This document shows, in pieces, positions 26,501 to 39,275 of a stretch of DNA of 64,000 nucleotides. Source of the DNA: Macrostomum hystrix (Eukaryota > Animalia > Platyhelminthes); assembly GCA_950097015.1 (NCBI GenBank), contig CATNEN010000003.1, positions 12,152,001 through 12,216,000 of the forward strand, in the 5' to 3' direction. A program made the position numbers and the translations under genes. The stretch's first letter is position 1. The number at the start of each line of letters is the position of its first letter. The notes below the pieces were generated by a model. That model was not told the origin of the DNA and did no database searches. It saw nothing but the letters and a program-made list of their open reading frames with translations.

Positions 26501-29500
26501 TGAACTCAGGCGGCGCGGATGTGGCGGCGGCGGCAGCAGCGGCAGCAGCAGCCACAGCAGCGGCCGCTGAAGTTCCAGACGACATAGTCTGATATTGATG
26601 TTGTTGATGATAGAAATCGCCACCAGCTAAGGCGGTGTCCGCAGTTTCAACCTCCAATCGGACAGGATCTCGCCTGCCGTCAGGGTACAGATATGCTCTT
26701 AATGGGTGCATAAGAGGATATTCGCCAGGTAACAATGCCGGCCTAGTTATTCGAGCCTTCTGCGATTTCGGAATCTTGCAATACTCAATCCAGATGTTAT
26801 CTAAGCTCTCAGTGTGGAAGCCAAATAGAAAATCGTGCAACGTTTTCTTGAGTACATCGATTCGCTGATTAGAGAGGCCGTTTTCTGAGCAGACTCGATC
26901 GAGAAAACGATCACGAATCCACGATTCCAGCTCTCGGCAAAACTGTTCGCTGGCGGCTGCTGCGGCTGCCTCAGCGGCGGCGGCTTCGCGCTCCGCTTGA
27001 GACTGAGAAACATGCTGCTGCTGTTGCTGGGACTCTTGGGATTCGGTTTGAGAACCACCACCGCCGGCTCTGAAAAAACATATGGTCAGGAGGGTTAGAT
27101 AGCAGCCCCAGTGTACATTTTGGAGTGAGGTGGGCTGTCAGGAGGGTTAGATAGGCAGCCCCAGTGTACATTTTGGAGTGAGGTGGGCGGTCAGGAGAGT
27201 TAGATAAGCTGCCCCAGTGTACATTTTGGAGTGAGGTGGGCGGTCAGGAGGGTTAGATAAGCTGCCCCAGTGTACATTGGAGTGAGGTGGCGGTGAGGAC
27301 CTTACCCGTGATGAGTCGAAGACAACTCGCTGACGCCGCCGTCTCGCCGAGCTCTGCCGTTGCCGCCGCCGGTGCCCCTACGTTTAGTCGGGTCAAGCGG
27401 CATCCGCAGCGGTGCCAAGAAGTGAATAATAAAATGCTTAGCAGCACCTTCCACAGTTTCCTCTTCGATACATTTCAAAGTTTCCAACTCTTCTACGCTT
27501 AAACGCTCGCAGTGACGCATCACCTTGGCAACAATGTCTAACGCGGTCGCTGCAAGATCAACAGGCTCATGAGGCAACCATTCTTTTAGCTTCTTAGCAT
27601 AGTATTCGCACAATTGAGTTTGCACAAATCTGGCAAAGGCCCAATGCCAAAAAACGTCTGATGACCAGGCGGCACAGGCTTGTACTTCCTCGGTCATTGA
27701 GGCCTGGAAACGATTCGAAATAAAAATTAACTAAATGTTCCTTATAACTAAATTACTCATCGTTAGCTTCTTAATAAAAAAATGGAATTCATAAAAAAAC
27801 TAGCAACAACCTATGAGCTACCTAACAGAAACCTAACAGCAACAGCTTTTTGAGTTACCACAAACAACTTACCAGAAACAGCCTACCAGAAACAGCCTAC
27901 CAGAAAAAACCTACCAGAAACAGCCTACCAAGAACAGCCTACCAGAAACAGCCTACCAGAAACAGCCTACCAAGAACAGCCTACCAGAAACAGCCTACCA
28001 GAAACAGCCTACCAAGAACAGCCTACCAGAAACAGCCTACCAGAAACAGCCTACCAAGAACAGCCTACCAGAAACAGCCTACCAGAAACAGCCTACCAAG
28101 AACAGCCTACCAGAAACAGCCTACCAGAAACAGCCTACCAGAAACAGCCTACCAGAAACAGCCTACCAGAAACAGCCTACCAGAAACAGCCTACCAAGAA
28201 CAGCCTACCAGAAACAGCCTACCAGAAACAGCCTACCAGAAACAGCCTACCAGAAAAAGCCAACCAAGAACAGCCAACCAGAAACAACCTAACAGAAACA
28301 GCCAACCAACAACAGCCAACCAGAAATAACCTACCAGAAACAGCCAACCAACAACAGCCAACCAGAAACAACCTACCAGAAACAGCCAACCAACAACAGC
28401 CAACCAGAAACAACCTACCAGAAACAGCCAACCAACAACAGCCAACCAGAAACAACCTACCAGAAACAGCCTACCAGAAACAACCTACCAGAAACAGCCT
28501 ACGAGAAACAGCCTACCAGAAACAGCCTACCAGAAACAGCCTACCAGAAACTGCTTACCAGAAACAACTAACCAGAAACAGCCTACCAGAAACAGCCTAC
28601 CAGAAACAGCCTACCAGAAACAACCTACCAGAAATTGCCTACCAGAAACTGCCTACCAGCAACAGCCTACCAGAAACTGCCTATCAGAAACTGCCTACCA
28701 GAAATAAGCTTCTAGAAAAAGTCCACTAACAACTGATTATGAAGCTAAAAAACCATTCACAAGACCCAAACCTCATAGACCCAACATTTTACCTGCAGCT
28801 CAATGCTAGAGTTACCGCCCTGACAGGGCAGTTGGCAACGCAGTCTGTCCAGCAGAGGCAAGCATCTCAGAGCGCACTGCCATTCCTCCTGTTGGGCATC
28901 CAATCTCAGAGCCTGCACCATCAATTCGCACACGATCTCAAACTGTTGCTGATCCAGCGTTGTAATGCTCTTCTTAATCACCATGTCATCCAGGAGTTCA
29001 ATCAAACGCAGTCGACTAGATCGGTGAGCCAGGTCGCGTTTCACGGCTTTTAAAACTTTTTTAGCGTCAGCAATGCGCCTGTCGAACACGTGTCGAACGC
29101 ATAGTTCAAGAATTTGCAGCTTCTGTCGGTGCATTTCACCGCTAGTCGAAGCTGATTGCTGATGCCTTGTTGAAACTGCAGAAGATAATTGAGATTCTTC
29201 AAGATTTCTACCGGGAGGCACAGTTTCATAGCACTGCAACTGTTGCCGATGTCCACGATGATGCTGGTGCCGAGACAGTGTGACAGAGGCCGAGTTCAGA
29301 TGGGATCTGACGATGACAATTTAGCAATACGGAGACGGGAAAATTACTTATTCAAACTGTGGAGAAAAACTTAGCATAACAGAAATTACACCTAGCATAG
29401 TTGGCTAGGGGGTTGTAGCCCAGTGGTTAGAGCGTTGGACTCGCGACTTGAAGGTCGGGGGTTCGATTCCCGAATACGCAGCTGCACATATTGCCCGCCC

Positions 29501-32500
29501 TGTAAAAAATTCGGCTGCTTCTTCGGCGGGTTTTTTGTGCAAAATAGGAGTGGAATCTACCAACATCCCCCCTATCTCGCAAGAGTTAAAGAAACCACAC
29601 AAGAAGCAGCCGATGTAACCGTAAATTGTGCGGAAACCGCCGAAGAATCACCCGAACCAGTGGCCCATGGGACAACCAGAGAATTATTTACGGGAGATTC
29701 CTCGGCGGTTTCTGAGCATGGAATCTTCCGAACTGGAGGATTCTTTGGGTGATTCCATTTCGCCACCAAGAAGCACCGAGAAAACGCCCAGTTGGGTAGA
29801 TTCTAAGCATGGAATCATCCGATTGGTATGTTTCCAGCGTTCGGCTGTTTCTTTTTCTGGAAACACCGCAGATTCCAACTGGAATCACCCAAAGAAACAT
29901 CCCTATTTTTTAGCGGGCGATTGTATAGCTATAGCTTGGCAAGTGTATGTAACAGTAGAACTACCAAGGTATTCTACCATTTCTCCCCCCCGATAATTTT
30001 TTCTTGCACCCGAACGGAGCAACGCAAGCACACGAAACTCAAGAACAACGGGGCCAATTTTTTGTTGCGCATCTTCTGAAACAATAATCAAGTCGACAGC
30101 TTTTCAGACCTTCGAGATATTCAATTGTTCTGGCCGAAGGTCTAGATCTGATTTCCCAAAAGCGCAAGTGTATTTCATGCACCCCTATGCATGAAAATTG
30201 TACTGCGCCTTGCCAGACCTTCAAAATTGATCAGCATGTCACCCAAATGTGCCTGCAACATCTACGTCTTCGGTGGTCACCGATCTTTATCTAGATGGCT
30301 TTGCTGCACCTTCAAGGGTTACAACAGGTGGAACTAGGCAACTATGGACACCCTGACGCGAAATATGGCGAGTTAATTAATTATTCAAACAATTGGTAGC
30401 TTAGTTATTTTCCTGAATTCAAATTAAATGTCCTTTATATTGTTGACTAACAATCTACCTAGAATCAAAAAATTCTACTCGAAGAAGCAGCAGACTCACC
30501 CATCTCCATCGATCGATATTGATCGATTTATCAGATCGTTACTAAACACACTGCTAGCCCTGCCGGAAGCAAAGGCCATCGCGTCATCGACTTGCTGCTT
30601 TGCCTCTTCCGCTTCAAGACACTCGGCAATTGATTTGGCATCCAATAGTGGAAATGGTTCTCGAAATAATCCCGCAAGAACATTGTCCGTAGGCTGGGGG
30701 ATAATCTGGTCGTCAAGGACTTCGCCGGCGCCAATCTGGTGACTATCAGCGAAGCCGAAGCTGCCTGTAGACGATTGCTCGCAGTCGCACAACTTTTTAG
30801 CTAGTTCGTCTAAATGGCGTCGACGAAGTCTTCGACCACCTGAAGTCGACGACGGAGCTAGAAGACTACTACCGCCACCGAGGCTGGCGAAATCATCTTC
30901 GAGGGCATCTGAAATGTTGAGGATTTTGAATTTAGGATTTAGGAAATAGAATTTTTTCCGATTTTTTAGGATCGAACAAGCGGAAGATTAGATAATTAGG
31001 ATTTACCGAGAGGAAGATTAGCTAATTAGGATTTACCTAGCGGAAGATTAGCTAATTAGGATTTACCTTGCGGAAGATTAGCTAATTAGGATTTACCGAG
31101 AGGAAGATTAGATAATTAGGATTTACCTAGCGGAAGATTAGCTAATTAGGATTTACCGAGAGGAAGATTAGATAATTAGGATTTACCTAGCGGAAGATTA
31201 GATAATTAGGATTTACCTAGCGGAAGATTAGCTAATTAGGATTTACCGAGAGGAAGATTAGATAATTAGGATTTACCTAGCGGAAGATTAGATAATTAGG
31301 ATTTACCTAGCGGAAGATTAGCTAATTAGTAGTTACCTAGCGGAAGATTAGCTAATTAGGATTTACCGAGAGGAAGATTAGATAATTAGGATTTACCTAG
31401 CGGAAGATTAGCTAATTAGGAGTTACCTAGCGGAAGATTAGCTAATTAGGATTTCCCGAGAGGAAGATTAGATAATTAGGATTTACCTAGCGGAAGATTA
31501 GATAATTAGGAGTTACCTAGCGGAAGATAAGCTAATTGGGATTAAAGTAAGCACGTAGGACTATCTATTTAGGATTTTAGTGCTATTAGAATTAGCTGAT
31601 TAGGATTTAACTGGACAAGAGTCCAGAAAAGTAGGATTTTATTGTAGGACTAGCAATCTGTAGAGAGGATTAGCAGATTAGAAATTAGAATATTAATGAT
31701 TACCATTAATTGGCAGGGCCGGTCGTAAGAGATCCACGGCTTCTCTGGTGTGCAAATCAGACAGCTGGGCATAGAGCTCATCGAACACGTCAATAGAGCG
31801 ATAAGGTGGCCCGCGCGACTGACAGAATTGTACGAACATCTGCGACTCGGTGGTCAGTCGGCGCATAAACTTGTCGTCAACCAGGCCACGACCGCCAAGG
31901 AAAGTGGCCTAAGGTGAAAGAATAGACATTGTCAGTCAGTTGATAAGACAATAGATAAATATTTTCTTTTTCAAGTTCATTAATCAATTTTGTGAGGTAA
32001 GGTTGACTCATTTTCGCGCCAAGAGCCCTGAGCTCAATTCCTCAAGGGTCTTGGGGGCTTGGGCCATGAGCTTGGAGCTCAAGGCCACATTTATTTTGGA
32101 CGCAGCCGCGTAGAGAAGGCTTGGGGGGCTTGTCGTGCAATTTACGCCTTTGAGGGCCAACCTCCGAGGCCTAGTTGAGAGTGTACCTAGGATCTCCTAG
32201 TTGAAGAAAAAAATATATATCTGGATCCGACTTACGTGATGAAAATTGATAACATTGCTAGGCACAATCCTACTTATCGCTAAACAGGATCTGTAGCCGT
32301 TGACAATTTCGGCAAAAGCCCGTACAAATGCCGCCCGAATCTGTTTGTCCAACCAGAACTCGTTGCTACTGGCTGGCGGCAAAAACACGCCCGATGGCAT
32401 TGTGCCCATCAATCTGCTGGGACGTTGTTGAAATGCCCGATCGGCGCTAGCCAAGCCGGGATTTAGTACGTCGGTAATGTCGGCTATTAAACCGCGCAGT

Positions 32501-35500
32501 ACATAGTCAGACAGAGGTGTAACAATGGATGATTGGGCACCCGATCCGCAGCTGGACCAATTCTCTGACACGTAGCCTAAATCTAGATCGGCTGTGATTA
32601 AATCGAAGGTCATAGATTCCATGCTGTCTTCTATTTGACGCTTCAAGGAACTGTGCACGCCGTATAAAAATGGCACCGTGGCTGAGACTAGCTCTAGTAC
32701 TGGCTTCGGAAGTATTGGAACCAGCGTACACTCGCTGGACATTGTGATACGAATGTGGGATAAGTCTAATGTACTGGTTATTAAAACTGTTGCTAAATTA
32801 AAATTAGTGTACTCAGATCCCAACTTAGTCTCGGCAGATCCCAACTTAGTCTAATCAGATCCCAACTTAGTCTCGGCAGATCCCAACTTAGTCTAGTCAG
32901 ATCCCAACTTAGTCTCGACAGATCCCAACTTAGTCTCGGATGATCCCAAATTAGTCTAGGCAGATCCCAACTTAGTCCCGGAAGATCCCAACTTAGTCTC
33001 GACAGATCCCAACTTAGTCTAGTCAGATCCCAACTTAGTCTCGACAGATCCCAACTTAGTCTAATCAGATCCCAACTTAGTCTAGGCAGATCCCAACTTA
33101 GTCTAGTCAGATCCCAACTTAGTCTCGACAGATCCCAACTTAGTCTCGGAAGATCCCAACTTAGTCTCGACAGATCCCAACTTAGTCTAGTCAGATCCCA
33201 ACTTAGTCTCGACAGATCCCAACTTAGTCTAGTCAGATACCAACTTAGTCTAGGCAGATCCCAACTTAGTCTAGGCAGATCCCAACTTAGTCTCGGAAGA
33301 TCCCGACTTAGTCTCGACAGATACCAACTTAGTCTAGGCAGATCCCAACTTAGTCTAGGCAGATCCCAACTTAGTCTAGTCAGATCCCAACTTAGTCTCG
33401 GATGATACCAACTTAGTCTAGGCAGATCCCAACTTAGTCTCGGAAGATCCCAACTTAGTCTAGTCAGATACCAACTTAGTCTAGGCAGATCCCAACTTAG
33501 TCTAGGCAGATCCCAACTTAGTCTAGTCAGATCCCAACTTAGTCTCGACAGATCCCAACTTAGTCTAGTCAGATCCCAACTTAGTCTAGGCAGATCCCAA
33601 CTTAGTCTAGTCAGATCCCAACTTAGTCTAGGCAGATCCCAACTTAGTCTAGGCAGATCCCAACTTAGTCTAGTCAGATCCCAACTTAGTCTAGTCAGAT
33701 CCCAACTTAATCTAGGCAGAGCCCAACTTAGTCTAGGCAGATCCCAACTTAGTCTAGTCAGATCCCAACTTAGTCTAGTCAGATCCCAACTTAGTCTAGT
33801 CAGATCCCAACTTAGTCTAGGCAGATTCCAACTTAGTCTAGTCAGATCCCAACTTAGTCTAGTCAGATCCCAACTTAGTCTAGTCAGATCCCAACTTAGT
33901 CTAGTCAGATCCCAACTTAGTCTAGTCAGATCCCAACTTAGTCTAGGCAGATCCCAACTTAGTCTAGGCAGATCCCAACTTAGTCTAGTCAGATCCCAAC
34001 TTAGTCTAGGCAGATCCCAACTTAGTCTAGTCAGATCCCAACTTAGTCTAGGCAGATCCCAACTTAGTCTAGTCAGATCCCAACTTAGTCTAGTCAGATC
34101 CCAACTTAGTCTAGTCAGATCCCAACTTAGTCTAGTCAGATCCCAACTTAGTCTAGTCAGATCCCAACTTAGTCTAGGCAGATCCCAACTTAGTCTAGTC
34201 AGATCCCAACTTAGTCTAGTCAGATCCCAACTTAGTCTAGTCAGATCCCAACTTAGTCTAGTCAGATCCCAACTTAGTCTAGTCAGATTTAATGTAAACT
34301 ACTCACTATTTGAAGGGATAAAGCAGTGCTTTTAAAGCGCGACAAGCGTCCGTAAGATGAGTATAGCTTGAGGAGAACAATACCACCTTGCAGCTAGTCA
34401 ACAGTGCTGTAACCAATTTCACACAATTGTGAATGCCCAATTGACGAAATAGGTTGACAACGACGCAACCCGTCACTGGCACGCAGCAATTGTCTATGGC
34501 AGAAACAGACGGCACAATCTGTCTATCAAATCCTGGCAATAATGAGAACGATTTAGGCGAAGCGGGCGAGCTGGGCAAGAATACGCTGGCTAACAGGCGG
34601 GCAATCATGGTTTCTAGGCAGTCTCGACGACCCGACGAATGAGCAGCGTACAGGACTACTAGGCAATTGTGCAGTGTCTCTGGTAAATCGTGACGCGATT
34701 GAAGTACAAGAGTTTTCGGCGCATATATATCCACTGGATCGACCTGGGTGGCTGCGAACGGAATGAAAATAAAATTCTATGCAAATCTAACCCCATAGAA
34801 CATAATAAGACCCCTGAGTACACACTCACATGAATGTGTACACCCTCAGATGATTCGCAGATTCTGTACTGATGTCATCTGGTTGCCAAATGATAAGTTT
34901 AAAAAACCCAAAAAAGAGCAAGGATTTCCATTACAATCAAGAAGGCGCACAAACCTCCAACTGCAGTGACAGCCGCGGCTGCATCAAACACAGCTTGAAT
35001 GTCGGCCTCGTCAATATCATCACCGGGTTCTAATGACACAGATGACACAGTCGGATTCAATGCCCCGCTATCTCTAGTGGACGAATCGGCGATAGAATCG
35101 CCAGAGCTGCTAATTTTAAATAGCTGCCTCTTCTGCTCGTTAGTCAATGGCTCGTGAACGCTGAGCATAGCTGAGAACACTAGGTCGCCACTCTCCTGAG
35201 TGAATGTATGCATAAAGAATGTCGCATCCTGAGCTATTCTACTCAGTCGCCAACCGCACGGCTGGCAGAAGATTTCCTGGTGCGGAATCAGGTCAACATC
35301 GGCTCGAGGCTGCTCAGGAAAGGATTGGATGAGTCGACCGGAACAGGCTTGCTCGGCGCGACCTGACATGAGGCGTTGTTTAAATTTAAAGGTTAAAGTC
35401 TTTTAACTAGCCTTTTGCACTATCCTCTGCTCATTCTTGGTTATAAGTCAGTCATAATGAAAATAATTTGTCTCTTAATCAAAATTTATGGTAACTATTA

Positions 35501-36332
35501 TTGGAATGAAAAAAAAACTATTTTTATATCACCTCTGATTTTATATGATATAACTCTAGCTTAGCATCATATAAAGTATCTAAACCATATTTTGTGTACT
35601 AATTATAATATAATTTTATAGATACCTGATAGAAAAAAAATACTACAAAAATATGCCACATCAAGCCTTTTTTCTAAAAGCCAAGTTACACATGATAATA
35701 TAGAACAGGTAACTACTGACATACTACTTGGAATTTCAAATACTGTGTTATGATATCAACAGATGACTTAAAATATTTACATTTTGATGTACCATTTCAA
35801 AATTACAAATGATCACTATTTTTATAACTAACATTACCAATCAATAGGTAAACTGATTTATACAAATATAATTTGTAATTGCTTTAGACTTGTCAATTGT
35901 GATTATTGTGATTGATTGAATAATCAAAGCCAGTTGTTTTACTAGAATTTTGCTAAATTAAGCCAATCAAGTTTTTAGTTTAAAATATTGGCTAAAATAT
36001 GCTAATACTTGCTAATTTCGATTGGAAGCTTAGTTAAAATGTGTTACCTCATAACTAAACATAAACATAAACATAGTTAAATGTAACTAATTGCAAGACT
36101 TCTAACATTTTTTATCTAATTGTTGCTTAACTAGCTAAATACATAGAACATGTAATTACATTATATAATTACAACCAGATATTATAATAGCAAAAATCTA
36201 AAGTTAAAATATTTCAAAATTCAGCCTTTACCAATATATAAAAGCAATGTTGTTGGAGCAGACAAAATACTTACGAGAGGCAGCATCAAAGTTATAGCCA
36301 TAAATGGCAAAGTAGTCAACCAATCTGGACAT
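13439..36332 (-). CDS. SBF: SET-binding factor / myotubularin-related pseudophosphatase (MTMR5/MTMR13 orthologue): DENN, GRAM, inactive myotubularin and PH domains
   Basis: Start MSRLVDYFAIYGY; DENN motifs (FCQPCGW, YAPKTLVL, YPFKYECTLVPILP); GRAM (LPAEGLFMATNYRVIFKG); dead active site VLLALEDGWDAT; C-terminal PH (LHKQGKLLRQW..ANEWVEKL). Phase-consistent exons: 36332-36275, 35362-34955, 34751-34307, 32734-32236, 31908-31704, 30908-30500, 29306-28793, 27703-27306, 27069-26446, 25882-25651, 24632-24367, 24289-24084, 23604-22741, [20329-20150 and 19376/19337-19017 less certain], 18589-18474, 17786-17353, 16929-16528, 14724-13623, 13471-13439. Confidence 0.93.
14885..16100 (+). pseudogene. Decayed Gypsy/retroviral-type integrase remnant in an SBF intron
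   Basis: RFWFPGLGSLVEEFIRRCVTC (zinc-binding CxxC) and PLERAMVDIVGPLP..VLTVQDAFTKW (start of the rve core), followed by a stop and frameshifts. Flanked on both sides by the gatctggg array. Outer limits approximate. Confidence 0.8.
16165..16440. repeat. 14-bp/7-bp minisatellite (gatcgaagatctgg / gatctgg); degenerate part also at 14769-14885
   Basis: Direct tandem copies. Confidence 0.9.
17008..17300. repeat. 21-bp minisatellite (actgttagacacggtaaaata)
   Basis: About 13 copies in an SBF intron. Confidence 0.9.
17808..18322. repeat. 21-bp minisatellite (gcctgcttagcctgtggatta)
   Basis: About 24 copies in an SBF intron. Confidence 0.9.
19498..19735. repeat. Degenerate ~15-17-bp repeat (tatgagctgtcattc)
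   Basis: Imperfect tandem copies. Confidence 0.75.
20795..22620. repeat. 30-bp satellite (gattaggacagctgcactcccaaatcctca), ~60 copies
   Basis: Exact 30-bp periodicity in an SBF intron. Confidence 0.98.
23675..24080. repeat. 26-bp minisatellite (gaggatctgggagaatgacaggcaat)
   Basis: About 15 copies starting a few nt after the donor at 24083. Confidence 0.95.
24710..25045 (-). mobile_element. tRNA-derived SINE family A, near full-length copy
   Basis: Minus strand: A-box-like GTGGCAGTGCGG, B-box-like GAGCTCGATTCC, structured body and AT-rich tail. Homologous to 48835-49106, 32005-32190, 1505-1660 and 54887-55005. Confidence 0.85.
25097..25545. repeat. 35-bp minisatellite (actgactcacctactgacccatcaatcaatcctac)
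   Basis: About 12 copies. Confidence 0.95.
25978..26422. repeat. 26-bp minisatellite (gggagagtgacagacttcagataact)
   Basis: About 17 copies. Confidence 0.95.
27084..27297. repeat. 53-bp tandem repeat, 4 copies, filling a 236-nt intron
   Basis: ggtcaggagggttagataagctgccccagtgtacattttggagtgaggtgggc. Confidence 0.9.
27870..28710. repeat. 14-bp minisatellite (cagcctaccagaaa) with 42-bp higher-order blocks
   Basis: Direct tandem copies. Confidence 0.95.
29408..29478 (+). pseudogene. tRNA-like sequence (Ala-CGC-like loop); SINE head or tRNA pseudogene
   Basis: A box TAGCCCAGTGG and B box GGTTCGATTCC are present, but the acceptor and anticodon stems do not pair. Confidence 0.7.
29498..30360 (+). 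mobile_element. Putative non-autonomous DNA transposon (CCCTGTAAAAAA terminus); right boundary uncertain
   Basis: First ~190 bp shared with 7980-8168. Internal 17-bp inverted repeat at 29741-29757/29880-29896 and repeated ggaatc motifs. Confidence 0.55.
30980..31540. repeat. 30-bp minisatellite (atttacctagcggaagattagctaattagg)
   Basis: About 18 copies. Confidence 0.95.
32005..32190 (+). mobile_element. SINE family A fragment (5' half)
   Basis: aggccacatttattttggacgcagccgcgtagagaagg..gcttgtcgtgcaatttacgcc..gagggccaacctc matches family A. Confidence 0.8.
32815..34288. repeat. 21-bp satellite (cagatcccaacttagtctagt), ~70 copies
   Basis: Fills about 94% of SBF intron 3. Confidence 0.98.
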
Positions 36333-38654
36333 GAATATTTTCTAGTCTTGCTGCAATGTCCATCAAACAGTAGGTTCCATTTTAGCTGGAAGGAATTAAT
36401 TTTTATTTTAGTATCCAAAAATTTAAATGAATTTTTACTGGATATATCAAGCAAGTTAGGTTCAAGGCATCTCAAATATTAAGATAGGGCCAACACAAAA
36501 ATTATACTGGCTTAAAAATTAAATTGATAGGCCTATCAATCTTTATTAAATATAATGGAGTTAATACTTAGGTCTTGCTAGCAGGCTTAAGAGTTGCTAG
36601 ATAATTAGCAAAAATTATATCTGGGGCTTGGTAGGCCTAACAATAGTTTTATCCCTTTACATTAAAAGATGTAAATTTGCCTTTGCTTGTGACTAATTGA
36701 CTTTTTTGAAATCCAACATATTGGAACAGTATTTTTCATCCAATTGACACCATGCTATTCTGTCTAAGCTACAATCCCCAATATGGAAATCTTTAATTGG
36801 GAGGGGTTATAAGACAAGTGAGAGGTGACAGTGCACTGTGCACTCAGAAATTAGTACCTTACTTTACTATTCAGCTCCTTTCATGCATATTTGTAGCAAA
36901 TGAAATCTGTTTAAACATTAGTAATATTCACTTTAAATTTAGGATCCCTACACTACACAAACAAATATCTAAGTGATTGTATAACCTTTTGGTTTCATCT
37001 TACAATGCCCACAATACTAATTTTATATGCCTAAATGCAGAACAATGCTAGAGGTAATTGTAACACAATAGTGAATATATAACTCCACTTCTTAGGCCTA
37101 CCTTGCTCATTGTTGCCATTGTTGTTGGTATTGAAGTGTTCATATAAAATTCATCAGCAATTTTTTAGGAAATGGCTGTTAGAACTACATTTATAACAAT
37201 ACTTCTGGATCCTAATTGTTGTTTATTCATTTCATAGGGAATGGTACGGTAGAACAAACCCCCTAGTACAAACTTATGAATTGTAAAACAAAAGAATGCT
37301 TGTAAAAAAAGATAAATACTTAAGAGTTTACTTAGAATTATCTAAAAAATCACTAATAAATATTTTAAACTTTTTAAACATACAGAAACTACAAAAACGA
37401 ATTATTAGGCTACTATATTTCAGATAGTAGCTTACAGCTTACAGCTATAGCCTAGTTATAGTTATACTAATTGTCATAGTATTTACTGCATTTGGTTCCA
37501 AATAAAAGCTAATTATTACAAGCTAGCTACACTCAGAACTTAGACTCTAAAATCAAGCAAATAATAAAAATAGCTGTCAATGAGATCATGGTGTATCAAC
37601 TATCAATGAGACTTCTATTTTGTAAAATTAAATTTCTAATAAAAATGGAAAGCGAGATGGTAATTAAGTGAAATGGGCGACACTCGCCACGACGCCGTGT
37701 ATCGGATCAGATGCTGATTGTATAAGGTAGCCAATAAACCAAGACCGAGAGACTAAGTCACATGTATAAATAAAAGCTGCCTTAACAGTCCTAACTAAAA
37801 GAACAATACTACGAACACGAGCACTAATCTCTTCCACCCAGAAGGCTAGCAATACAAAAATTTTATTTCATAAATCAGTGGTGGTCGCTTTAGTGCCTGT
37901 TTTGTCAGACACGGTGAGGATGAAGTGTATTTGAAACTTTTATTTTTCAAGTCAGACACAAGTTTCGGATTAGGGCGACAGAGTTTTTTTCATAGAAATT
38001 AATTTAAAAAGTAATTTGCGTTTTTTCGTGATTCTGATTTTCGTGATATTAACACTTTCTCTCGATAATTCGGATCAATTATTCGACAAGTTTAATCAGA
38101 ATCCTGCCGTAAAATAAGAATCGCTTAGAACTGCCTCCTGTTTTTGTAAGATGTAACTCAATCTTTGTAATTTTTGATGGAGCAAATTTCGACTTTAGCA
38201 CATGTCTTCTTCCTAGTAAAATATAGTTACTGAAAATCTGAGGACAGGCTAAGCATTCTGACACAAATTTTTAATTACACTTTCAATATAAGCTAAATTG
38301 AAGCTAAGCTTTCAACCAATGGTCGATATAAATATAACAAGTATAAATATGCAAAGAAATAAAACAGGTTAATTTTATATTTATAACGAGAATCCGAAAC
38401 TTTTAGTCGGAAAGAACAATCAACAATTAAATGTTCCATTTCCAATAGTTTAGCGCTACGGTAATTTCATTCGAAACACTAGCTATATAATGGTATTTAT
38501 TTTTGTCTCAGATTATATTTTTAAGTGTTTCCCCTCGATCGCTTTAAGTCTCTCTCTTTTAATTGCAGACAAACTTGAGCAATTTACTTAAAAAGGCGAA
38601 TTTTTCGACTCGTTTTTAACACTTGTACGATTTTTAATTAGATACAGGAGCAAT

Positions 38655-39275
38655 TTACAGTTCTGCTGACTCCACGATTGCGTTGCCATTGTTGCCGTCG
38701 TCGCTTGCAACAGAAGTAGAGATCGAATGCGCCGATCGCGAATCGTAATCTACGGGTTTTTTAGCCTTTAATCGGTTTTTCATGCTTTCGATTGACGAAT
38801 GACTGGAGTCTGTCTGATGATCGACACTGCTTACAGTTTCCGATTTATCGTCAATATTGTCGTCAAACGGTTCTCCGTCAAATATAAGACTATCACGATT
38901 TTTCTGATAGCCTTCTAGCATTTTAAGGAAGCTAGATTTGCTTAGTTGAGACTTTGACAAATGATTAGCTTGCTCATTGATGCTCTTCACTACATCGTCA
39001 ATGTTTGGATAGAGAATTGTTTTGCTTGTGCAACACACCGGAGTCTTCGAGCCGCCGACGTAGACATCGAATGAGCCGTAGGATCCCATCTCCACTAGGA
39101 TATTTTCTGCCGGGTAGTCGTGCTGAGACCGGAGACGCCAATGTAGCTCACTAAGTGCCACCTGGCTCAGATGATAGGTTGAGCTGACGACTCGGATAAG
39201 TGGCAGCAACGATCTGCGTGGCTCATCTGCAGACTCTCGACGGTGCATGTTAAGCATGGACCATTGACGCTGCAT
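38655..39275 (-). CDS. Uncharacterised 206-aa protein with an Rdx/SelW/MIEN1-like segment and a low-complexity acidic/Ser C-terminus
   Basis: Non-repetitive ORF in AT-rich surroundings. Pattern GSFDVYV..SK..YPNIDDVVKSI resembles the Rdx-family G.FEV..SK..FP motif; no CxxC/CxxU. Confidence 0.6.
   Translation of the reverse strand: MQRQWSMLNMHRRESADEPRRSLLPLIRVVSSTYHLSQVALSELHWRLRSQHDYPAENILVEMGSYGSFDVYVGGSKTPVCCTSKTILYPNIDDVVKSINEQANHLSKSQLSKSSFLKMLEGYQKNRDSLIFDGEPFDDNIDDKSETVSSVDHQTDSSHSSIESMKNRLKAKKPVDYDSRSAHSISTSVASDDGNNGNAIVESAEL

Noticed and set aside
29408-29478. Functional tRNA-Ala(CGC)
   Set aside because: Acceptor and anticodon stems do not pair, and there is no oligo-T terminator
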